Origin: Azolla caroliniana
Taxonomy: Eukaryota; Plantae; Polypodiophyta
Assembly (NCBI GenBank): GCA_043228905.1
Contig: JBHGNT010000016.1
Location: 3,906,001 to 3,970,000, forward strand
Length of the DNA stretch: 64,000 nt
Reading direction: 5' to 3'
Shown here: piece by piece, positions 38,092-48,429 of the stretch
Layout: the number at the start of each line of letters is the position of its first letter
How positions within the stretch are numbered: the stretch's first letter is position 1
Translations under genes and position numbers: made by a program
The notes under the pieces: generated by a model
Seen by the model: the letters and a program-made list of their open reading frames with translations, nothing else
The model's database searches: none
What the model was told of the DNA's origin: nothing

Positions 38092-39541
38092 CTTACGCAG
38101 ATTTAAAGGACTCTTACGCTCAGATTTAGGTACTTCTAATGTTGGTATTATTGATATTATGTTTTTGCAAGAGCATCACCTATGCATGGATAGGATTCGA
38201 AAGTATAACTCCATTTTACTAGGACGGTGGACTCATTTTTGGGTTCCTGCCTTTGGTCCCAACGGTCGTCAGGTTGGATTATGCATTGCTCTTAGACAAC
38301 ATTTGTAGTGTATCATCGTGTCAACAATAGTTACTACTATTATGAATACGGGCACAACTCCTTATTGTAAAAATAGGATCCCAGAAGGTTGGCTTGATGA
38401 ATCTCTATGATCCTTATCCTTCAATTGCTCATATGTGTGATATGTTGTGGTTACACACAAAAGACCTTGTTGCAAGATTAACATGGGATCCGGGGGGTTG
38501 GTTTTGGTCACATTCCTTGGGGAATAGATCATAAAATTTCCCTTCTTTCAGTACTCAATAAAACTTGGAAGATCATTATTGCTCTCTCGGAATGTAACAA
38601 TACAATACCAGTAGCTCAAAAATATTGGACCACGTGGGGTGTCTCAACTTTGCATTTAAAAACCTACTGGAGATGGATCTGGTCATTTAAGGGGCCAACT
38701 AAATTTGTTCTCTTTAGATGGTTATTAGTGCATATGGCATTACTAGTTGGTCATTCATTGAAACAGAATGTAGCACCCAATCTTTGGCAATGTGGTTTTT
38801 GCCATGAAGCTTATGAGATTGCCAAGCATGTCCTCTGGTCTTGTCCCTTGGCTTAACAAGTATGGAATAAAGTCCTTTCGTTATTCTTAACAATCAATGT
38901 TGTTTGCTTATTTTCATGGGGATCAACAATGTGGGGGGTGGTACATTCCAACTTGATGTTGTATGAGGCAAATGATGTTTAGGAGGCAATGGTGGTACAT
39001 AATAGAATATTGATATTAGATAGCCCCTTTCAACAACCTCGAAAGCATGTGCGATCTGTCCAGGATTGGAAAACCATGACTACGGTAACATTATGGGCAT
39101 TATGGAAATGTCAATGTAACCCACTTTATGATGTGGTAGATCTTCGTCTCTCAGATGTCCTGCTTGAGATATCAAAGAACTTGTTGGCAGTAGTCTGTAG
39201 CTAGTATGACAATATGCATGGTTCCTCAGAGATCGTGAACAAAAGAAGGAAGAAGCTTCATCACTTATGGAAAAAGTTGCCCATTTTTATAAAGTCAACT
39301 CAAGAGCCTCAATGGCACTATCGACGTCCATGGACCATTTCTTGAATATCAGTAAATCATGGTAGTGTACATCAGCAAATTCCAACACCTTCTACAAAGT
39401 CCTATCTTTGGTCTTAGGATTATTGTACATCATTGTACATAAAAAGCTGTAAGCTTTTGGGTAGACAAGTTCAAGTTGTAGCCTTCGAGTGTTTTTTCTT
39501 AATACTATTGAAGAAAATCTTTGAATAAAATAAAATAAAAT
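38092..39541 (+). mobile_element. 5'-truncated L1-like LINE with TSD
   Basis: zf-RVT-like peptides (WRWIW...LFRWLLVH...CGFC...HVLWSCPLA; TLWALWKC), (TAAAA)n tail, and 14-bp TSD TTATAATCATGACT (38078-38091 and 39542-39555). Confidence 0.88.
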
Positions 39542-41384
39542 TTATAATCATGACTAAGCCAATTCTTAAGCATAACTCGCCCAGACTATGTTTCTAAAAT
39601 TGTGTTATGCTCCATTCTCCAATTCATATGTAGTTAGTGGCATTCTCTTTCTCATTTGGATGTCCTCAAGTTTTGATCCAAAATCATATATAATAGTTAC
39701 TTAAAGCAAAAGCTAGGTAGCCACTTCTTGAAGAACCAAAGTATGGGTACTTTCTATACATTTTTTTAATGCATTTTACCCTTTATCCAACCTCTCACAA
39801 TTAGAATACAATAAAATTCAAACACAACAATGATTATCTACATTAATGAGTATGATTTTGGTTAGAATATCTATTGTGTTGATAGCTTCTTGTTTGAAAG
39901 ATGAAGGGTAGGGTGCTTATATTAGGTGTGGCACATTACTTTTTAGCAAAAGAGTGAAAGAATAGTTCTCTCTATGCTCAATCCATGACGTAATGCATCA
40001 ATTAATGGCATCCACTAAATAGGCCACACTTTACCCATCCCTCATATTGGAGATATAAATATAGATATGGAATGCCAATTAACATGCAAATGCTCTTTTA
40101 GAATTTCCTTCTTCACACGAATCTCTTTTTTATTTTAGGTGTAAAACACATCAACACATCTCAAAAGTGAGGTAGCTAGTTATTGAAACATATTGCCTTC
40201 TCAAACATAATGATGAGTACTCAAAACAAAACCTAGGTAACCAATTATGGGGAAATCCAAAACAAATTCTTACACATAATGGAAAGAAAGCCAAATGTCT
40301 ATATTGGGGACAACCAAATATATTTATTCAACGTCTCAAATTTTGCAATAAAACAAAATTTGAAGATGAATTTTACCATTTATATGAGTGAGAGATTGTT
40401 GAGGGAATATTTTATGTTCAGATGTTCCCATTTGGAAACTTAAGTTAGAGTTCTTGCAATGGGAGAAGACATTCTGTTCATTGTTTTTTAGTAAAAGGCT
40501 AAGTAAAAGTTTGCTTTATGCCGAATCCACTCCATCACAATGAAACAATACATTGAATGGTATTAGGTTTTATTTGTCGTGCATTACCTTGATCCGTGCA
40601 TGTGAAATGCTAATTTACCCATTGAACATTGGATCATGTGAAAAATACTCTTATGTAACACTTATTGTAGTTCAAGTGCCTTGAAGTCCCGTGACATTTC
40701 TTGTCATTTCCATGAAACGAACGCTTGTTTTAACTTCACACGAAGAATGTAATTGGTTGGCACCTACGAAAACATGTGGTTCATGTCTTTAAAGATACCA
40801 GTTTTCAAGGATGAGATCGACCCATAGGTGGCCGAGCGTGACAAGAAACAACATAATAGTCCTCCATGTGCGAAACATAGGAATAAGGCTTAAGGGGAAG
40901 AGAGGAAATGGCAACATATATTGATTGAATTGGATGATTGAGAGGTTAGTCATGATCACGTTGTGGTGACTAGAGATTACAATGCCGTTGTCATGGTCAG
41001 GAGTAGGTCCAATCTCCATGGTATTTTTTTTGTATCATGGAAATGCATAGTTCGAAGGATTGCACTCCACGATCTTTGGATCAAACTTAATATAATCGAC
41101 ACTTAAAACTTCGGCAAATGGCAATTGTAAGTAATTATGACCAACTAATGAAGGATCGATCAATTAATGTAGGAGTGATTTGGAAGAAGCAATTTGATCA
41201 CCAAAACCAACATGGAGCTAATTCAATAAGCTGTTGAAGTTAGTTAGACTGTTACTTCATAATGGTAGAGTAGCATCACGCATTGTTTTCATAACACGCA
41301 ACTCCCTAACTCTTGATTGAATGAAAACACTGAGAATTCACAAAACATTCAAATTGTTATGAAATAATGTGTACAACTATGCAA

Positions 41385-41723
41385 ATCAATCCATTTCGAA
41401 CACACAGTAATAATTCTCTCTCCAATCGTTCTATTCAGAATCTCAAGAGCAATATAGGTAATTTCGATTTGTCCATTTCGAGTGGATTAAGTTATGCTTA
41501 ATTCCCGAGTGCATGGATCGATAGATTTGATTGTTAATCCATTCGATCCATCAATAACACAATCAATTAACACAATCAAATCTATCGATTTTGATCGCAA
41601 CTCTCGGAATTAAGCATAACTTAATCCACTTGAACAAGGCAAATCGAAATTAGCTGTATATTGCACTGGAGATTCATATAACGATTCGAGAGAATTATTA
41701 TTGTGCATTCAAATGGATTTGAT
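41385..41723. repeat. Long imperfect inverted repeat (fold-back; MITE-like or small-RNA precursor)
   Basis: Arms of about 150 nt, with a perfect 25-bp duplex (41481-41505/41606-41630) and a 17-bp duplex (41517-41533/41573-41589). Confidence 0.85.
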
Positions 41724-41756
41724 GGATAGAATTAATTGGAATGGATTGATGCTTAC

Positions 41757-41844
41757 TGCCATGGCTCGTCGCCCACCAAGAAGCACTCTCCATTCTCATC
41801 CTCATGAGTGAGCACATAACTGTTTCCATGGAGTATGTCCAGTT
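41757..41844 (-). CDS. IAA: Aux/IAA exon 2 (domain IV / PB1 OPCA)
   Basis: ELDILHGNSYVLTHEDENGECFLVGDEPW, with donor CA|GTAAGC at the intron position typical of Aux/IAA genes. An alternative acceptor 9 nt upstream is possible. The last exon was not found. Confidence 0.75.
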
Positions 41845-41951
41845 CTGTGCAGCCTTCGGATTCATGAAGAATTAAAGACCAGTAATTCTTCTTGTTACAA
41901 AAGAAATCATTCAGCAGAAAAAAAGCGCAGAAAAGCAGAGTCCACAATTAC

Positions 41952-42735
41952 CAGTCACGAATGCTTGGAACAGGCGTTGCAAGCCGGTCTTGAGGCTGTC
42001 GTAACCATCGTAAGAGCAGAGATCGATCTTCCTGCAGATCCGAACCCCGTCCACTCTCGCCTTCACAAAACGGCTGCCCCCGCTCGTTAATGGCGGGGCC
42101 GCTTGAATCTCAGGCGGTGGCCTGGGCCGTTTCCGCCGCCATTGTTGGTCAGAGAATAAGAATCTACCTGCGCCTTCATGAGCGGGAGCACCTGTTCGTG
42201 ATGGCGATGGCGATGATGAAGGGACAGGAAGTTGCGACTGTACAGATCCGCCATGGCGATCTCCAGCATTACCTGCCAGGCTCACAAAGGGGCCATATTG
42301 GAGGCTTCTGCAGCAGCCACTTCCATCGCCAGGCAGTGGCATCCTGCCGTAGCCTCCTTGAATGTTAGGATGCGGGTGTCCACCATAGCTGCTCGATGAA
42401 TGGGCGTCTGCAGGAGAGGCAAAGGTACTGATGGATTGCTTCCGGGAGGAGCGTAAGGGGGGCCATCCAACCATGGGTAGCAGTAGCAGGGGATGGACGA
42501 CATCGCTTATGGTCTGATGATTAACGGGAAAGGGAGGCGGAAAGATCATCCTAATCCCTGCATCCCCATCGATCGATTGGGATACGGGTTCTGATTCATG
42601 AGTTGCTGCAGAATCAGGAGAAGCAGAAGCAGAATCAGGAGAATCAGCAGCAGAATCAGGAGGAGGCGCAGTAAGGAGGAGATTACGACGGAAGCTTGGG
42701 CTCCAGAAGCGGCGCCGCTGATCAGACGGCAACAT
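41952..42735 (-). CDS. IAA: Aux/IAA protein, exon 1 (domain II degron and domain III)
   Basis: VGWPPLRSSRK degron, FVKARVDGVRICRKIDL...YDSLKTGLQRLF domain III, and donor G|GTAATT at 41951. Confidence 0.85.
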
Positions 42736-42882
42736 CTACTTTGATTCAGGACATGGCGGAGCAGAAGCAGGAGCAGGAGCAGGAGAAGGAGAAGGAGAAG
42801 GAGCAGAACAGAGCAGGCGCAGGGTTCGCCAGTTGCAGTCAGTCTTTAACGTTAAGTTTAATAAGAAAAGGGGGCCCGGATA

Positions 42883-43108
42883 TCGTTTGTCCGGTTTCAC
42901 ACTGGCCCATACCCTTTGCCGGCCCGGTACTCCTTTTGTCCGGCTTCACCCTGGCCCGCTCCTTTTTGTTCACCCGGAGCTCCTTTTCCCCGGTTTCATA
43001 CTGGCCCATACCCTTTGTCCGCCCTGAGCTCCTTTTGTCCGGCTTCACACTGGCCCACTCCTTTTGTCCGGCTTCACACACTGACCCACTCCTTTTTCGT
43101 CCGCCCCT
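42883..43108. repeat. GC-rich tandem array in the Aux/IAA proximal promoter
   Basis: Units CCTTTTGTCCGGCTTCACACTGGCCCACT and shorter variants, about 9 units. Confidence 0.8.
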
Positions 43109-43188
43109 CTCCATCCTAGGCCAACCCAAATGCTTCGCCATATCACCACCACACTCATGCACTAGTGCCCATCATGTCCTTCTTCGCC

Positions 43189-43470
43189 ATTGTTGCAGAA
43201 TGCTTAGCATACAATACATGTAGAATACGTATGCCAAGTATCTTACTTTTTTTAAAAATACTTAAAATACGTTAAATATTTCTTAAAATTTAAAGTTTTT
43301 CTCAAAAAAAAAGTTTGAAAAATTAAATACGTAGGATATGCCAAATTCTTAGAATACATGAAAAATTATAAAATGGCAGTTCTAAAACGTAGAATGCGTG
43401 TAAAATACTTCAAAGTATTCTAAACGCAGAATACACGTTTTTTTAACAACAATGTTCCCTGCAACGGCGC
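43189..43470. mobile_element. Possible non-autonomous hAT-type MITE
   Basis: Ends GTTGCAG...CTGCAAC, AT-rich, with repeated AGAATACGT-like motifs. No clear TSD. Confidence 0.4.
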
Positions 43471-43958
43471 AATGGATAAGAGGTTGATGGAACCTTGACA
43501 CATATTATGGCTGGGTTTATGGTTGTTGGGCCATATCACAAGAGAAAGAACACTTTGGTTTGATACAAAGACTCATCTTGTCTTTGGCTGGGTTAGAGGT
43601 GGTTGGAGACCTAGCCTATGGACAACGATGCTCCAACCTTGCCTATGGATAAGCGCTAGACCCCACCTATGTATGGACAATGATTACCTGACCCCATCCA
43701 CGTACAAGAGGTACCTAGACACCACTGCCTATGGACAACAATGTCCTAACCTCATCTATAGTAAGAGGTGCCTAGTCTCCACCTTAGACAACAATGCCCT
43801 TCCTTGCAATGGATAAGAGGTGCCTAGACCCCGCCGCCTACAGACAACAATGTCCTGGCCTCATCTATAGTTAAGAGGTGCCTAGTCTCCACCTTAGACA
43901 ACAATGCCCTTCCTCACAATGGATAAGAGGTGCTGGAACCTTGACTATGGACAATAAC
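43470..43958. repeat. Degenerate minisatellite (GGATAAGAGGTGCCTAGAC / CTATGGACAACAATG) with ~120-bp higher-order duplication
   Basis: The block GACAACAATGTCCT..CCTCATCTATAG..AAGAGGTGCCTAGTCTCCACCTTAGACAACAATGCCCTTCCT occurs twice (about 43733 and 43843). Confidence 0.7.
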
Positions 43959-46083
43959 TCCACATTCAATCACGTGCTTCCGCATTCTTGGCAAATAATT
44001 CAATGTCTCTTGCCCAACTATGACAACTCATGTTTGAATCATACTTGAAGAACACTACACTTGCAATTATTGCAAAAAGGAAAAGTTGTTTCAAATGTTG
44101 CCTTTTAGTGTCGCCTAACGTTGAATCATGGCTAGAAATTGTATTACGACTGCTTCTATAAAACTTCGTAATGCGGGTATACATCCCCTAAGAGGGATAT
44201 CCCTTTTGATACTACATTGCTTATTGAAATAATGTTCACATTAAATTTTATGCAAAAGTCATTTGATGAGCTCTCCCTCATGTTGTATGTGGTAACAATG
44301 GATGAGGATAATACACGCAACACAATGCAATGCATCTATGCTTGTACACGTTGGTACGGAGGGCGAGGGAATGTCATATAGTGAGGTGATTCTTGGTACC
44401 CATTGGGCAAAATGGTATTGCATGGATGATTTGCATCGACCATGCAAGACGATGTAGCGTTAGGACAATCATAATAAGCAAGCTACCACCAAGCACGCAA
44501 CAAACATCATGATGACAACCAACAATAATGGCAAAGCATCCATAAGATCTACATCAAGACAAGCATGCCTCTTTCCTTGATTGTTACTTGAATTATGCAA
44601 TTTCATTGGTTCTCATAAACATCAATGTCTTGAATGGCACTAAGTTACCCATTCTTCCCCCTTGCACAAGCTCCCTTGATGGGACATTCATGAAGAAAAC
44701 ACGCTTCTGTAGGATGATACCTCAACATCAAAGAGTGCTATGAAGGCTAATGTTCACATTGATCACACAACATGCTTATACTCCCTTCTAGTTGTACATG
44801 CGAAAATCTATGATTGTAGTAACTTGTCATTATCATGTATGTGTCAAGATAAATGTGAAGATTTTCATAAACAATGTAGTTGTTAACTAGTGCAATTTTT
44901 ATAACAAATATTCCATTACTAGTGGCCATGAGATTTTTACCATGAGACAATATTTTCCAAAGTCAGGACTATTTTTAGTGATAGTCACTTCAAGTACTCT
45001 CTTCTAAAACAAATTAGTGGTGCGTGCAAATACTTGTCACACTTGTTTTTGGATCATATCACCCCACTGAATATTGCGTTCTTGTTCCCATTCATACCTC
45101 ACCAAGGTTTTACAAATGATATGAAGTACATATTATCATAGGGTAAAATAAGGAAAATTTTATGTTGGAACTTGGAGACTAAAGAGTTGGCTAAGATGTA
45201 ATACAACGGAGCACGATAATGAGAATCCTTAATAATACAAACATAATGGTGCAACATCAAAGTGTGTGATTGGAGTCTACTAAAGAAGGGAAAATGGATA
45301 ATGACAAGCCTAGGGTATGAGGTTGGGTTTCAATGGAGCAAAAGGCATACTATACTTGATGCACACAAGCATATGTTTAGTGGAACATGGCTGCCTTCAC
45401 ATAATAAAGGAGAATGATGGATGCTTTTATATTATATGATTCAATTGAAGAGGATATATTGGGGATGGTGAAGGCGATTCATGATATGAAGGTGTCTAGA
45501 TTGTACCATATGAACTTTAAATTGAGGAAAAGCTACTAGATATCTAAATTTCAAATGAACATTCAATTCTTGTAATGGGTCCAGTGCATCCTCCTTGTGG
45601 TGACCTAATGGGATAGCTTTAGGGTGATTACATTTTTTGAGATGGGTAAGAATTCCTTGAATTAGGCTTATGGATTAAAGCATTCTTGCTATTTAACTAT
45701 GAGTATGATGATAAGGGTTATGATTGTACCATTTCTTTTGTATTGGTTATGTCCCCAACAATTAAGGCTAGTGGGGGCTATACATTTTGCTATTTTGTGT
45801 TGCCGAGTGTCCAGTTGTTCTAAATGTCATTTTTCTCTTCTTCTTGCGGTTTAAATTTCTTCTTTTGAATAAGATGTTCTAAGTATATTTTAAACGTTAA
45901 CCGATTCCATTAGTTTAGTAACCATTGTAAGCATGCTAATTCCTAACAAATGTGTCTGCCAATGGAATTAAGCTTTTGTATTGAAATTATTGTTTTGAAG
46001 CCGGATTGACATCTAATCTATTATAGGCACCATAAGTAGTGTTAAGAATTAGGTAATTAGGCAAGGGTTAATTAGTACCTAAT

Positions 46084-46772
46084 TGTTAGAAATCGACGCT
46101 TTCAAAACCTTCACCTCTCGGCCACAACCGAGGAAACACGAATCAATGCAGAAGTAAATCAAAAACACAGAGAGAGACTCGAATGCACAGGGTTTAGCGT
46201 GGAAAACCCTAGACGGGAAAAACCACGGGAGTGCAAGACTCCAACTATCACTATACGCAGGGAATGTACAATGGCGAGCTGCAAGGCGACGACCTTGAGC
46301 TCGCTGTCCTCGCCACAGGCGGCGGTATTACACAGAGGCGTCAACCTCTTCCTTTCTCTCTCTCTCACTCTCTCTCTCGGCTGCTCTCACTTCCCTCCCT
46401 CTAAGTGGAAAACAGAAAAAATGAGCAACAACTACAAAACTGTTTGCCCTAAGTCATATTTATACACATATGACTTTCGGGCTATTTACAAGTATAGCCT
46501 CGAGGGCCCTTGGCAAACATATTCACAAATATGTCCCCGCATCCGGATCTCTCTCCGGGTACATTCGTCATCCGGCTCCGTAGCCGGGGTCTTCATCATC
46601 CGGATCCGAAACCGGGTCTTCATCATCCGGATCCGAAACCGGGTCTTCATCATCCGGGTCCGAAACCGGGTCTTCATCATCCGGTTCCGATACCGGGTAC
46701 TCCTCATTCGGGTCTTCATTCCCGATTCCCGGACATCTGACCATCCCATCCGGAGGGACCGTAATCCCAACA
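46084..46772 (-). mobile_element. Solo LTR nested in the copia 3' LTR
   Basis: TG...CA termini, perfect TSD CTAAT, and internal 27-bp repeats CGGGTCTTCATCATCCGGATCCGAAAC. Confidence 0.9.
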
Positions 46773-47620
46773 CTAATTATGTGATTAAGTTAAGCGAAAG
46801 ATTAAGTGATATGTGTGTGTATGTGTGTGAGAGGAAGAGAGATTCCTATATTAAATGAACATGGGAGTGGAGAATATACAATGTATCCCACTCAAGTACA
46901 AAATCCTATTTAAGGCTTTAAGGTCAACACACTAACTAGATTCTATCTAGGTAACTACTAAGTTACGCGTGTTGACTAAAAAACTAAACTAAATTGAGCT
47001 TGATATCTCAACACGCCCCCTCAAGCTCAAGTGTGAGGTGTTCGACATATGGTTTTGCTTTCGGGGTTGTTCGGCTTTCGATGTTGGCTTCTATGCGGCT
47101 TATCGGCGTCGGTATTTTCGTGGCAGTTTCGGTTCCTCCCCCTTAAGCCTATGACGAAGGCTTGGGTCGACTGCTTTCACCCATTGTGGGTCATGAGCCA
47201 CTTCTGTAGAGCTCTCGGGCTCTTGTTCGGCCACTACCTTCATCACGAAGGCATAATTATGGGCCATGTACTTGTTGTAACCGAGCTGAGTGACGAGATT
47301 CTTCTCTCTAGAAGAGCGTCAAAGTTTTTTGCTTCCCGATGTGAGCGCGTTCTTTACTCCGGGTGCCCACATGATGGGTACACCAAACTCACTGTCTAGT
47401 GAGGGAGCCGACACATCTGAATCACTGTCGTTAGGGTGATCGACTTCGTATTCGGGCATCTTACCTTTACCTTTGCCCAAGGTCGTACTTGTCCATGACG
47501 TGCTTGGAATGCTTGAAGGCTTAGGTGGGCTTGTATTGTCCTTTGGTAGAGGACTTGTTTGAATATCGTCCTCTGAGTTGATGTTCAAATCTTCCTCGGT
47601 CGGGTCGGGTGGAGCCGAAT

Positions 47621-48107
47621 TGTTAGGAAACAAGTCCCTCCGGATGGGAAGTGAGGAGAACAGTGTTGATGAGCAAACTCGGTCGAGGCCGATAGGCCGA
47701 GGCCGAAACCGGATGAGGAATACCCGGCTACGGAAGACCTGGTGAGAACCGGATGAGGAATACCTGGCAACGGAAGACCCGATGAGGAATACCCGGCAAC
47801 GGAAGACTCGGTGAGAACCGGATGAGGAGTACCCGGCTACGGAAGACCCGGTGAGAACCGGATGAGGAGTACCCGACTACGGAGAACAGGATGACGAGTG
47901 CCCGACAAGCGCCGGATGGTGAAGGCTCGGTGAGAAGTACTCACCGGATGAAGGGACATATTCGTAAATATGTTTTCCTAAGAAGCCATCAGGGCTATAT
48001 TTGTAAATAGCCGAAAAGTCATATTAGTATAAATATGACTTAGGGCAGACTTAGAAGGGTGTTGTTGTCATTCTTGTTGGTGCAAGACTAGAGAGCGCGT
48101 AACTGTG

Positions 48108-48154
<47 letters not shown>

Positions 48155-48429
48155 GTCGTTGCCTCTGTTGTAACTGCCGCCTGTGGTGAAGATCGTGAGC
48201 ACGAGGTCATTGCCTCCGTGAGCCCACTGTTGTAATCATTGTGATATAGTGATAGTTAGCAGTTAGTGAACTGCCGTGGTTTTTCCCTCTCATGGGTTTC
48301 CACGTTAAACATCCTGTGTACTCTTCTCTCTATCGTGTTGTGCTTTCATTCCCTGCCTTTTTTCTTTGTGTTTTATTCTAGGCTCGGTTGTGGCCGAGCA
48401 TTGTTCATCGGAGCATGTAGTTCCTGTCA
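47621..48429 (+). mobile_element. Solo LTR nested in the copia internal region (related to 46084-46772, opposite orientation)
   Basis: TG...CA termini, perfect TSD CGAAT, a shared TATAAATATGACTTAGGGCA promoter block, and CCGGATGAGGA.TACCCGGC repeats. Confidence 0.88.

Noticed and set aside
46199-46858. 219-aa repetitive ORF (RIRNRVFII)
   Set aside because: Translation of 27-bp LTR repeats across element boundaries.
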